Part shown: piece after piece, positions 1-11,587 of the stretch
How positions within the stretch are numbered: the first letter of the stretch is position 1
Layout of the letters: each line of letters begins with the position of its first letter
Assembly (NCBI RefSeq): GCF_006345805.1
Contig: NC_043022.1
Coordinates: 25,110,001 to 25,174,000, forward strand
Origin: Octopus sinensis
Lineage: Eukaryota
DNA length: 64,000 nt
Reading direction: 5' to 3'
Position numbers and translations under genes: made by a program
The notes under the pieces: model-generated
Database searches by the model: none
Told to the model about the DNA's origin: nothing
What the model saw: the letters and a program-made list of their open reading frames with translations, nothing else

Positions 1-95
1 TACACATACTTTCATGTGTGTACGTGTGTAATATATATATAGATATTATATATATATATATAAATATATATATATATATGTGGGCAGGTGTACAT

Positions 96-134
<39 letters not shown>

Positions 135-659
135 TGCAGGTGTACATATTATATATATATATACATATTATATATTATACTTTTATGCATGCAAGTATGT
201 CTGTGCAAGCAGTAAATGGCCAAAATATGGTAACACTTGTTTCTTTGGTTTCAGCTGCCCCTTGGCTCTTTCTGAAAGCTTTGGATTTTGGAAATGGTTC
301 TCATTCCCCACAGAATTCTTGCAGAACAATCAAAGTCTCAATTACAACAGTTTATGCTAATTCTGACATCCTGAAAATCTGGCAGCAGATTCTTGGCAGC
401 GGATTCTATCAAGAATGATCCAAGACCACGGGCTGCTGTCAGTGGAAGAATGAGGGAAGAGCAAGAGAGAGAGAGAGAGAGAGAGGGAGGGAAAGAGTCT
501 GCATATTCAGTAGAGAGAGTATGTGAGAGAGAGAGAAAGGGGTGGGGCTTCTAGAATGAAAAATTTTCAAGAAGTCATGGAAAATATAATGTGTTAGAGT
601 GGAAAGGTTGTTGAGTGAATGAAGAAAAAGGAGGTAGTTTCAATCCGTGACTGTGCTTG

Positions 660-673
660 CATGTGTATGTCTG

Positions 674-712
<39 letters not shown>

Positions 713-1195
713 TCCATATATAGATATATATACATACACATACATACATAGATATATATATACATATATATATACACATACATAGATATTTATATACACA
801 CACACATGCATACATATATATACATACATACATACATACATGTATATACATACATACATATATATACATACACACATACATATATATACACACTCACACA
901 TACATACATAGATATATATACACACTCACACATACATACATAGATATATATACACACACACATGCATACATAGATATATATACACACTCACACATACATA
1001 CATAGATATATATACACACACACATGCATACATAGATATATATACACACACACACATACACACACATATATATACACACATAGATATATACGCACATACA
1101 CATACTTATATATATATGCACACACACACACACACACGTGTATCCATACATGTACGTATTTGTTTGTATGGATGTATGGGAGTATACATACATGG

Positions 1196-1231
<36 letters not shown>

Positions 1232-1242
1232 ATTTATTTATA

Positions 1243-1294
<52 letters not shown>

Positions 1295-1422
1295 ATTTAT
1301 ATTATATATAACTGGTGTGTATTTATATGTATATATATATGGTGTGTTTTATATTTATATATATATATAATATATATGTGTGGTGTATTTATATATATCT
1401 ATATGTGTGTGGTATTTATATA

Positions 1423-1454
<32 letters not shown>

Positions 1455-1455
1455 C
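660..1455. repeat. Compound (TA)/(CA)/(TG) microsatellite
   Basis: Direct reading. Confidence 0.95.
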
Positions 1456-2450
1456 CTACATTGAGTAATGCATGAAAAGGACACGGTAAATAATATTCCT
1501 AAAAAATAGCAGAGAGAGCGAGAGAGAGGACAGGAGAGAGGGAGCAGGGGAGAGAATCACAGTTGATATATTACCGAACGGATTGCTCCAAACCTCCAAA
1601 GACAGCGGCTAGGGTCGGTCGGTTGGTCGGTCGGTCATATATAATTTTTTTATTTTATTTCATCTTGTTTTTATTTTGTTCTATTTATTTATTTCATTTT
1701 TTTTTTAGTTCTGGTTGCAAAGATGAATGGATGGATATGCAGAGGAGGAGAAGGAAGTTGAGTGGGGTAGAAGCAATTATATTTAAAATTCCTTCTTCCT
1801 CCACAAAACTCCTGCCAAAATATCCTTCCTCCTCCTCCTCCTCACCACCACCACTGTTCAGCCACCAATAAAGTATAATTCAAACAACAACAATAATGTT
1901 GGTTCTGATTGACATGAAATTCTGGTATACCATTTTTTTGTTTATTTTTTTAAAATAAAATCTGTGTCACAAAATTTTTCTTTTTTTTACATTTTCTTCT
2001 TTGGAGGTGGGGGGGGGGCATGATTTTTTCTTTTTTTTATAATATTTTTCTTTTGTTTTTGTTGTTGCATTTCTTCATTAAATTAGCAATGCCATTTAAC
2101 TAATTCCCTACTTCCACTCCTTGCCCTCCTCCCTCCACCAAGGCCATCATAACTTTATTTATTAACATATATTTCTTTTCACTGGAAGGAAGAAAGAAGA
2201 AGTAAAAAAAAAACAAAATCAGGAAAACTGCAAAACAAAAAAATAAAAGAAAATAAAAAAATAAAATCTAAATAAAAATAAATGCAAGAAATTTGACACA
2301 ATTACAGAGATTTTATTGATGTCCTCATTGTAGATTAACCCTAAGTTATACTTAATCCAGCAAGCCTGTCTATGATCAAAGGCATTCCAATTGAGGCCAT
2401 CCTGTCTGTTTCCTACCAGCAAGGAACATAGGGCTATATATTTCAATGCG

Positions 2451-2743
2451 TTTTCTTCTTACTCTTTACTTTACTTGTTTCAGTCGTTTGACTGTGGCCA
2501 TGCTGGAGCACCACCTTTAGTCGAGCAAATCGACCCCAGGACTTATTCTGTGTAAGCCTACTACTTATTCTATCGGTCTTTTTTGCCAAACCGCTAAGTT
2601 ACTGGGACGTAAACACACCAGCATTGGTTGTCAAGCGATGTTGGGGAGACAAACACAGACACACACACACATATATATACATATATATGACGGGCTTCTT
2701 TCAGGCTTTGGTTGGCCTGAGGCTATAGAAGACACTTGCCCAA
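2451..2743 (-). mobile_element. SINE family A, headless copy
   Basis: Reverse complement of the body and tail of the full copies at 23200 and 47419. Confidence 0.8.
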
Positions 2744-2744
2744 G

Positions 2745-3135
2745 CACTCATGGTGCCATGTATTAAGCCCCTTTGCCAGTGCCACATGACGGCACTCATT
2801 CTGATGCCATGTATTAAGCATCTGCATCAGGGCTACATCCATGCTGATCGCACATATAAGTCACCTGTGCTGGTGTCACGTATTAAGCACCCATATCGGT
2901 GTCATGTAAAAGCGTGTTGGATCCACATATTTACCCCTTGTGCCAGTACCATGTAAAAAGCACCCAGTACACTCTGTAGAGGGGTAGGCATTACGATGGG
3001 CATTTAGGAGTAGAAACCATGTCAAAACAGAGGCATTGGTGCCTGGACAGCTCCCCAGTTGGTCAGCTCCTGTCAAGCCATTCAACTCATGCCAGCATGG
3101 AAAACAGATGTTAGATGATGATGATGATGATATCT
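2745..3135 (+). mobile_element. SINE-like family C, diverged, (GAT)n tail
   Basis: Ends aactcatgccagcatggaaaacagatgttagatgatgatg; internal degenerate gtgccatgtattaagc repeats. Confidence 0.65.
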
Positions 3136-3321
3136 GGCTCTGGGGAATACCTTGCTTGGAAACAGGTAAGTTTCGAAACAGGAAGGGCATGCAGCTGTAG
3201 AAAATCTCCCTCAATAAACGCCATCTGACACATAAATGCATGGAAGAGGGAACCTTAAAATCATGATGAGCATCATCATGATCTAACTACCTAAATGGTA
3301 TGGAAAAGGAATGGTATGGGT

Positions 3322-3555
3322 GGTGGCAAGCTGCCAGAAATGTTAGCACGCCGGGCGAAATGCGTAGCCATATTTCCTCTACCGCTACATTCTGAGTTCA
3401 AATTCCACCGAGGCCGACTTTGCCTTTCATCCTTTCGGGGTCGATAAATTAAGTACCAGTTACGCACTAGGGTCGATGTAATCGACTTAATCCGTTTGTC
3501 TGCTCTTGTTTGTCCCCTCTGTGTTTAGCCCCTTGTGGGTAGTACAGAAATAGGT
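3322..3555 (+). mobile_element. SINE family B (Nin/Deu-domain-like core)
   Basis: ggcaagctgccagaaatgttagc head, gagttcaaattcc B box, core gcctttcatcctttcggggtcgataaattaagtacc (resembles the Nin/Deu SINE domain, from memory), tail agccccttgtgggt...gaaataggt. Confidence 0.8.
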
Positions 3556-3954
3556 ATGGGAAAGGAACAAAAAAAGGAAGGAGAAAATAGGTGTGGAATG
3601 AAGATGAAACACAGCACATGAAACAATTTGTGTCAATTAAGATATTTCAAAAGAAGGAAAACAACAGCCCCTGCCCTCACTACAAAAAATAAAAAATAAA
3701 TGGGGGCAATTAATATCAATAAAATGAAAGAAGACCTCCAGAAACTGAGGATGCCAACATTAAAAACTGTTTACCTACATACATTATTCTAAATCATTTC
3801 AACAATCACCAAGACTACCACCACCACTACCACTACATTCACAAATTTTCCTACAACCAGCACCACCACCACCACCACCAGCACACTTTGCCAGTACTAA
3901 CAAACTTTATTAATTCCAGGTAACAAATCATTACCAGACAGTAATAATAGTAGT

Positions 3955-4383
3955 GACTATGGTGATGATGGTGGTGGTGGTGGTGGTGGTACTAGAATAG
4001 GTGTTGGTAGTAGTGTTGTTGTTGGTGGTGGTGGTGGTAGTAGTAGTAGTTGTAATGGAACTTGCAAAGGTGGTGGTAGCAGTGGTAATAGCAGTAGTAG
4101 AGGTGGTTGTAGTACTTGGAGTGGTTGTGGTACTAGCAGATGTGGTGGTGGTGGTGGTAGTAGTAGTGACTGGTGATGGTGGTGGTGGTGGTACTAGAAT
4201 AGGTGTTGGTAGTAGTGTTGGTGGTAGTGGTGGTGGTGGTACTAGAATAGGTGTTGGTAGTAGTGTTGGTGGTGGTTGTAGTAGTAGTAGTGTAATGGAA
4301 CTTGCAAGGTGGTGTAGCAGTGGTAATAACAGTAGTGGCAGTAGTAGAGGTGGTTGTCGTACTTGGAGTGGTTGTGGTACTAG
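3955..4383. repeat. GTA/GTG-derived compound minisatellite running into the gap
   Basis: ggtactagaataggtgttggtagtagtgttg occurs three times; tgtaatggaacttgcaa...gttgtggtactag occurs twice. Confidence 0.85.
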
Positions 4384-4483
4384 NNNNNNNNNNNNNNNNN
4401 NNNNNNNNNNNNNNNNNNNNNNNNNNNNNNNNNNNNNNNNNNNNNNNNNNNNNNNNNNNNNNNNNNNNNNNNNNNNNNNNNNN
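4384..4483. other. Assembly gap (100 N)
   Basis: 100 consecutive N between a GTA/GTG repeat and a (TA)n tract. Confidence 1.
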
Positions 4484-4487
4484 TATA

Positions 4488-4521
<34 letters not shown>

Positions 4522-4605
4522 ATGTGTGTATATATCTATATATATTATATCTATATTATATATATATATCTATATATACACACACACAGACACACCCACA
4601 CAACC

Positions 4606-4691
<86 letters not shown>

Positions 4692-4978
4692 CAAATGCTC
4701 AGAGTGGAAGAGGCAGAGAAATCTTTAGAACGCAGAGATAAGAGAGTTATACTATAGTGATAAATAAGAAATTAAAAGGGAAAGCGAAAATATATAAAAA
4801 AATATAAAAACAATAATATAGATATAAATAATAACAATAAAAGTAGAGAGTGTAAAATGAATAAAAAAAAACAATAAAAAATAAAATGAAGAAAGTCAAA
4901 TTGCCAGATAGTTTTGAGTGTATTTTGAAATAATTAGTAGATTGTTTTGGCATATTTTTGCTTGGGTAGATGTAACTG

Positions 4979-4979
<1 letters not shown>

Positions 4980-5030
<51 letters not shown>

Positions 5031-5345
5031 GAAGAGAAGAAGAAGAGAAGAAGAAGAAGAAGAAGAAGAAGAAGAAGAAGAAGAAGAAGAAGAAAATGAT
5101 GATGAAGAAGATGGGGAAGAAGAAGATGATGAAGAAGATGATGAAGAAGAAGACGAAGAAGAAGATGGTGAAGAAGAAGATGATGATGAAGAAGAAGATG
5201 ATGATGAAGAGGAAGAAGAAGAAGAAGAAGAAGAAAAGAAGACGAAGAAGAAGAAGAAGAAGAAGACGAAGAAGAAGACAAAGAAGATGAAGAAGACTAA
5301 GAAGAAGAAGAAGTAATAATAATGATGATTATAATAATGATGATG
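4980..5345. repeat. Compound (AAT)n-(GAA)n-(GAT)n microsatellite
   Basis: Direct reading. Confidence 0.95.
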
Positions 5346-5623
5346 TGATGATGATGATGGGTGGAAAGAAAGAAGAAAAGAAATGCAAGGATGAGTAACA
5401 AAGGAAAGGGGGAGAAAATGATGGAAAAGACAGTTGAAAGAGAGGGGGAAGATGAGAGAGGAAAGGAGGTTGAGAGAGAGAGAGAGAGAGAGAGAGGGAA
5501 TGGTGAGTTGTGGTTAGAGGATGCAGGTAAATAAAATGTAAGATTTCTCTCTAATCAGAACAGGAAGCCATACAGAGTAGGGTATGTTTATGTGCACATA
5601 TATATATATATATATATATATGT

Positions 5624-5782
5624 ATAGGGCCAAGTGTGGCTGTGTGGTAAGGAGCTTGCTTCCCAACCACATAGTTCTGGGTTCAGTCCCACTGCATGCC
5701 ACCTTGGAAGGTGTCTTCTACTATCGCCTTGCCTAGCCAAAAGCCTTTTGAGTAGATTTGGTAGACGGAAACTGAAAGAAGC
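5624..5782 (+). mobile_element. SINE family A, 5' part (tRNA-like head plus core), truncated at the RTE remnant
   Basis: A-box-like tggctgtgtgg, B-box-like ggttcagtccc, then core ...gtgtcttctactat...gaaactgaaagaagc. Confidence 0.8.
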
Positions 5783-5785
5783 TCA

Positions 5786-6430
5786 TGGAGCAATCAATGG
5801 CCATCCAACAACATGTGGATGCACAGGGATGAGGAAATACCTGGGTTCGTGTCCAAGCATGTGGTTGGTCCACTGGGAGTGGAAGGACCCTCTGTTGTCA
5901 CAATGTCTCTCTAGGAGAGGGAAACTCTGAGAGAAAACCTGCAACACAGGCAATATTCAATGGTATAGACTAGCTCTTCTTTTTGAGTTTATGTTGTCCA
6001 CGTTCAGTCGAACCAATTCTACTATATGGCCCAGAAACCTGGACGTTATCAAAGAAGCTTGAGAGGCGGTTGGATGGAACTTACACTCGCCTCCTTATGA
6101 CAGCCTAAAATCTCTTGTGGAAGCTTCATCCAACCAAAGTACAAATATATGGGAAACTACCACCAGTATCATCTCTTGTGAAAGGTAGGAAGTCCAGTTT
6201 GCTGACATTGTCGTAGAGCTGAAAACGAGGTAATTTCTACTCTTCTCCTCTGGAGCCATCTGCTCTCGCGATACCAGAGGGCGCACACTCTCCTACCCTG
6301 ATGTAATCTCCAGGATACAGGCAATCCAGCAACAGGACCTCCGTAATGCTATGATGGACTGTGAAGTCTGGCATAGCATAGTAAATTCCATTGTCTCGAC
6401 CACAGTCGAACAATGATGATGATGATCAGT
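5786..6430 (+). mobile_element. RTE-clade LINE remnant (decayed 3' coding end plus (GAT)n tail; upstream about 200 bp possibly 5' UTR)
   Basis: From 6007: VEPILLYGPETWTLSKKLERRLDGTYTRLLMTA*NLLWKLHPTKVQIYGKLPPVSSLVKGR, typical of the RTE ORF C-terminus (LLYGxExWTL...LDGxYTR). Stops and frameshifts present; ends caatgatgatgatgat. Confidence 0.8.
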
Positions 6431-6619
6431 GAGTGGGATTGGATTTGTGCAAATCCTTTCCCCACTGTAAAAAAATCTCATGCACAGGCATCACTTGGAA
6501 AAAAAAAAAAAAGACTTATCACAAAAATGGCTGGTCATAGCCTTCGCATGTGTAGGACTTTCAATCAGGCAATGAAAATACTCAATCATGAGTCATCAAT
6601 CATTATATTTATCAAAGAC

Positions 6620-7327
6620 AAGGTGGCAAGCTGGCAGAATCGTTAGCACGCCGGGCGAAATGCATAGCGGTATTTCGTCTGCCGTTACATTCTGAGTTCA
6701 AATTCCGCCGAGGTTGACTTTGCCTTTCATCCTTTCAGGGTCGATAAATTAAGTACCAGATACGCACTGGGGTCAATATAATCGACTTAATACCTAAGTC
6801 TGTCCTTGTTTGTTCCCTCTATGTTTAGCCCCTTGTGGGTAATAAAGAAATAGGTATTTCGTGTGTCGTTATGTTCTGAGTTCAAATTCCGCCGAGGTCG
6901 ACTTTGCTTTTCATCCTTTCGGGGTCGATAAATTAAGTACCAGTTACGCACTGGGGGTCGATGTAATCGACTTAATACCTATGTCTGTCCTTGTTTGTCA
7001 CCTCTGTGTTTAGCCCCTTGTGGGTAATAAAGAAATAGGTATTTCGTCTGTCGTTATGTTCTGAGTTCAAATTCCGCCGAGAGCGACTTTGCTTTTCATT
7101 CATCTTTCGGGGTCGATAAATTAAGTACCAGTTACGCACTGGGGGTCGATGTAACGACTTAATACCTATGTCCTGTCCTTGTTTGTCCCCACCTCTGTGT
7201 TTAGCCCCTTGTGGTATAAAAATAATATGTATTTCTGAGTTCAAATTCCGCCGAGGTCGACTTTGCTTTTCATCCTTTCGGGGTCGATAAATAAAGTACC
7301 AGTTTCGCACTGGAGTCGATATAATCG
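6620..7327 (+). mobile_element. SINE family B, head-to-tail multimer (about 185-bp unit, 3.5 copies)
   Basis: gagttcaaattcc at 6694, 6878, 7063 and 7237; a full head only in the first unit. Confidence 0.85.
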
Positions 7328-8220
7328 TGGTCAGCCCAAGGCTATTGTCGAAGACACTTGCCCAACGTGCCACACAGTGGGACTGAACCCAGAATCAAGT
7401 GGATGGGAAGAAAGCCTCTTACCACACAGCCATGCCCACCCCTATAATGTGCATGTGCATGTACTTTTCTGATGTCCATGTCTGTATGTCTGTCTGCTTG
7501 TCATTATGTATATGTGTGTCTGTGCCATTCTGTCTAGCAGCACACGGCTGTGTCATGTAATAATGTAGCCAAGTACATCCATTAAGGAAATAATAAAATT
7601 ATATTAAAAAATATAAAAAACACAGGACACATCAAAAAAACCCTTCTAGGTCTTATTTCCATAGATAACTCTGTGTCAGTCATTAAAAAGTACTTAATAA
7701 TTTTCCCTAGTTAAAAATATTTATAGTCTAAGATATAAAACTGCATTTTTTAAATATATTTTTAATAATATTTTCTGAAGTTTAAAATATGCATATTTAT
7801 AGGCTGAAATATAATAAATACCTCATTCTAAATTTTCCTCTTTTGCATTTATGCTCACAAACTATACCAAAATATTTTTATGGGCTTTAAATTGTGATGC
7901 ACTTAAATCAGGTTTGGGAACAAGTGAGATAGCTCTTTAATTGTGGTTGTAGATTAGTTATGGCTATGTCTATCTAAGTGTATCTGTCTTTAGGTGTGGA
8001 TGTGTGTACATACGTCTGTCTGATTTTTAGGTATGGGTGCATCCATCTATATATATATATATATATATCTAGCCTGTCTGTCTATCTGTGTGTACATCTG
8101 TGTGTCTAGCTGCAGTTGTGCCTGTCTGTCTATTTGGTGGTGGTGACATCTATTAATGCTCGTACTTTTAGTTATGAGAGTATCTGTCTATCTGTCTCTT
8201 TATTTATATATATATATATA

Positions 8221-8652
8221 TAGGCGCAGGAGTGGCTGTGTGGTAAGTAGCTTGCTTACCAACCACACATGGTTCCGGGTTCAGTCCCATTGCATGGCAC
8301 CTTGGGCAAGTGTCTGCTACTATAGCCTCGGGCCCACCAAAGCCTTGTGAGTCGATTTGGTAGACAGAAACTGAAACAAGCCCATTGTGTGTGGTAAGTA
8401 GCTTGCTTACCAACCACATGGTTCTGGGTTCAGTCCCACTGCATAGCACCTTGGGCAAGTGTCTGCTACTATAGCCTCGGGCCCACCAAAGCCTTGTGAG
8501 TGGATTTGGCAGACAGAAACTGAAAAAAGCCCATTGTGTGTGGTTAGTAGCTTGCTTACCAACCACATGGTTCCGGGTTCAGTCCCACAGCATGGCACCT
8601 TGGGCAAGTGTCTGCTACTATCGCCTCGGGCCCACCAAAGCCTTGTGAGTGG
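8221..8652 (+). mobile_element. SINE family A head plus core as a tandem trimer (unit about 150 bp)
   Basis: Equivalent tgtgtgg positions at 8237, 8388 and 8537. Confidence 0.85.
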
Positions 8653-9038
8653 AATTGTGTTTTGACTTTTGTTGTTTTTACTTTTGACTTGTTTAACACT
8701 CTTCCATAATCTTCAATGCACTAAAACTATGGCTAGAATAGTGGAGTCCTTATATACCCATGTTTCTTTTATACCAGTAAATAAAACAGTTAGGTCTGTG
8801 TCTATTTCTGGCTTAATATACTCTTGATTTATCTGTGTCTGTGGCCATGTCCATGTCTACCTAGTCCTGTGTCTGGATGTATGGTTGTTTGCGACTAAAG
8901 ATCTGTCATAAATAATGATAATAATGACGAAGAGGAGGAGACACAAAATAACACTAATTACTAAAACATATCTGACATTTACAGTGAAGGCAAAGTGGTA
9001 CTATTAATATAATTGACCATATTAGTGTGCAAACGTCT

Positions 9039-9324
9039 ATCATCATCATCATCATCATTGTTTAGCGTCCGCTTTCCATGCTAGCATGGGTTGGATGGTT
9101 CAACTGGGGTCTGGGAAGCCAAAAAGCTGCACCAGGCTCCGGTCTGATCTGGCAATGTTTCCATGGCCGGATGCCCTTCCTAATGCCAACCACTCCATGA
9201 GTGTAGTGGATGCTTTTTACGTGCCACCGGCACAGACGTGCCAGACGAAGCTGGCAAACAGCCACAATCGGATGGTGCCTCTTACTTACCACCGGCACGA
9301 TCGGATGGTACTTTTTACGTGCCG
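9039..9324 (-). mobile_element. SINE-like family C, 3' part
   Basis: (CAT)n-gtttagcgtccgctttccatgctagcatgggttgg...ggatgcccttcctaatgccaacc; shared with the 30636 and 33461 copies. Confidence 0.8.
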
Positions 9325-9455
9325 AGTTTATCTATGTTAGCAAGTGAGTGAGTATATATATATTTATAAATATATATATAGTTATTTTTATTGTTATATT
9401 TTGGGCTGGTCAGTTTTTTTTGGGGGGGGGGGCGAAATAAATACATGCACAATAC

Positions 9456-9742
9456 ATTCGTTCTTCTCTCATTTATTACTGTTCATATTTTTATCTTATG
9501 GCCATGGTCCGAAAAATCTTTCATCACATACTTGTGACCTCTTTAAGTGACACTTTCTGTCCTTGTATATTTTCCTTGTATATTCACTTAGTCACAGAAG
9601 AAGAGAATGGCCTAAGCAGAGTAGGATCATACATGAGGACAGAAAGTGTCGCTGAACAGGTCACAGGTGTGTGATGCAAAGGTTTCTGGACAATGGACAT
9701 CAGTTAGAAATAAGAAAAGTGATAAACAAGTGAAGAATGAAT
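9456..9742. repeat. Long imperfect inverted repeat (old MITE-like foldback), arms about 110 bp
   Basis: Perfect 15-bp core gacactttctgtcct (9549-63)/aggacagaaagtgtc (9636-50). Pairing extends outward through tgtgacct/aggtcaca, catcaca/tgtgatg and attcgttcttc/gaagaatgaat. Confidence 0.75.
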
Positions 9743-9993
9743 ATATAGGACGTGTGCTTTTATAGCAAAAAAGAAAAAAGAAACAAAAAAGGCCAGTCCC
9801 AAATACTACAACATCTGTTTCAAGAAATCTTGCAACACAAATTCATAAATATATATATATATATAATAAAACATTGATATTTTATTGTTATCTTAATTTT
9901 AATATTTCTGTTATATGTAATTTTCTAGATGGTGTAATTTCATTGTTCATTTTGAATTGATAAAAGGTGGGTTTTTTTCTAATTTTTTATATG

Positions 9994-10328
9994 GTGACCC
10001 CCTTCGGTCAGACACTGACCATGGGCTTGCACCTAGAGAGTTACCCTCCGAGGCACAAGTCTGGGGAAGGTTGTTTTATTGGAAGACCAGCAGTCGCCCA
10101 TGCATATCGGCTTCCCCTCTCCACGTCACCGATGTTGTCCAAGGGAAAGGCAATGGCCGATACAGCTTGGCACCAGTGACGTCGCAACTCATTTCTACAG
10201 CTGAGTGAACTGGAGCAACGTGAAATAGAGTGTCTTGCTCAAGAACACAACACGCAGCCCGGTCCGGGATTCGAGCTCACAACCTCACGATCGTAAGCTC
10301 GACGCTCTAACCACTGAGCCACATGCCT
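9994..10328 (-). mobile_element. SINE family D, full-length, tRNA-like head with MetaSINE-like core
   Basis: Reverse complement: aggcatgtggctcagtggttagagcg...gagctcgaatcccgg, then gtgttcttgagcaagacact (Meta/V-like core, from memory). Second partial copy at 42150-42392. Confidence 0.8.
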
Positions 10329-10482
10329 TATATTATATTATATTATATTGTGTGAAATTTGATTTAGTATTTCTAAAGTGAATTTTTTTTCCCTGTAAGT
10401 TTGGATTTATATTCCCTCAAATAATAATAATAATTATATATATATGTATAGATGTGGTGACAATGGGCTTAGTGGGTCTTAC

Positions 10483-10607
10483 CTGATGCCTCAGTGACAA
10501 CGGTGACATTCACACCCCGCTTTTGCTTGCTGACGTCGGAAACTCCATTCTCGGCCAAGATCTGAATAACGTACTCCTCGCTTGGTATCAAACCAGTCAA
10601 AGTTACC
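10483..10607 (-). CDS. Eph: Eph receptor exon, C-terminal part of first FN3 domain, 125 nt, phase 2-1
   Basis: catatttcag|G GTA ACT...TCA G|gtaagac. AT|G gives Met at the junction. Peptide MVTLTGLIPSEEYVIQILAENGVSDVSKQKRGVNVTVVTEAS contains the AxNGVS motif of Eph FN3-1. Confidence 0.95.
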
Positions 10608-10685
10608 CTGAAATATGGACAATAAAACAATACAAATAACATATATTCGGAACAAATACACACACACCTACATGTGTGTCTATAT

Positions 10686-10720
<35 letters not shown>

Positions 10721-10727
<7 letters not shown>

Positions 10728-10922
10728 GGAGCTTCTACAGGACTAGAACTGTTTTCATTCAGATGAAATCTTCAGGAAGCTCTTCAGGTGCTTCCTGAAG
10801 ATTTCATCTGAATGAAACACTTCTAGTCCTGTAGAAGCTCCTTCTATAAATAAATTACTTGACTCTGCTATGTACTGAGTACCTTATTTACTGTGGTTAA
10901 CCCTGACTCAACCCGGGACCTA
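10721..10922. mobile_element. Penelope-like element terminus: 128-bp foldback with two inverted hammerhead-like motifs plus about 75-bp tail, in (TA)n context
   Basis: Arms 10721-10780 and 10790-10848 are inverted copies (1 mismatch, 1 bulge). Each arm reads GCTTC-CTGAAGA-...-GAAA-...-TGT-A-GAAGC. TA-rich tracts flank both sides. The PLE assignment rests on the known PLE/hammerhead association. Confidence 0.55.
10790..10838 (+). ncRNA. Type I hammerhead-ribozyme-like motif (degenerate)
   Basis: Stem I GCTTC(10790-94)/GAAGC(10834-38); core CTGAAGA 10795-10801; stem II TTC/GAA with a U-U base; GAAA 10814-17; stem III ACA/TGT; GUA triplet at 10831-33. Confidence 0.5.
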
Positions 10923-11117
10923 CATATATATAATATATATATAAAATTTAATAAGGGTAGAAATTGATATTAATCAATTAAAACCAGTGGCCCAGCATGT
11001 TAAAAAAATCCGAAGATTAAAATATTTTTACATACAAAATTTAAAGGACTGACCACTAAAAGTGGACGGTCAACATGCTAGATATAGACATCAAATCGCT
11101 ATTTTCCACAAAGAATA

Positions 11118-11352
11118 TGGGTGCTTTTTATGTGCCACCAGCACAGGTGCCAGGCGAGGCTGGCAAACAGCCATAATCGGATGGTACTTTTTACGTGCCA
11201 CCGGCATGGAGGTCAGGCGAGGCTGACAAATGGCCACGATCGGATGGTGCTTTTTATGTGCCACCGGCATGGAGGCCAGGCGAGGCTGGCAAACGGCCAC
11301 GATCGGATGGTGCTTTTTATGTGCCACCGGCACGGAGGCGAGGCGAGGCTGA
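11118..11352 (-). repeat. 63-bp tandem repeat (about 3.5 units), internal to family C
   Basis: gtgccacc unit starts at 11132, 11195, 11258 and 11321; the same unit occurs in the 9039 copy. Confidence 0.85.
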
Positions 11353-11587
11353 TCAAATAAAAAACTCAGTACAAACCAAAGCATTTGTATATATATATAT
11401 ATGTATATATAGATATATATATATATATATTATATATATATATATATTATATGATGTATTATACAGATGAATATGGTACTTAGTTGAGTTGGGCACCAGA
11501 ATTTAGTACAGTATTATCCATAGAATTTCAAAGTCACAGACAAAAATAAGGAAATTAACAACAAAAAAGAAATCAAAGGAGACTTAC

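Noticed and set aside
220-418. Non-repetitive end of ORF 80-418 (AAPWLFLKALDFGNG...)
   Set aside because: No recognisable homology on either strand; the start lies in a TA repeat.
10255-10328. tRNA gene (also heads at 56510-56583 and all family A heads)
   Set aside because: A and B boxes are present but there is no complete acceptor stem, and each continues into a repeat body; these are SINE heads.
11118-11352. Regular 63-bp repeats as a CRISPR array
   Set aside because: No unique spacers, eukaryotic context, and the unit is part of SINE family C.
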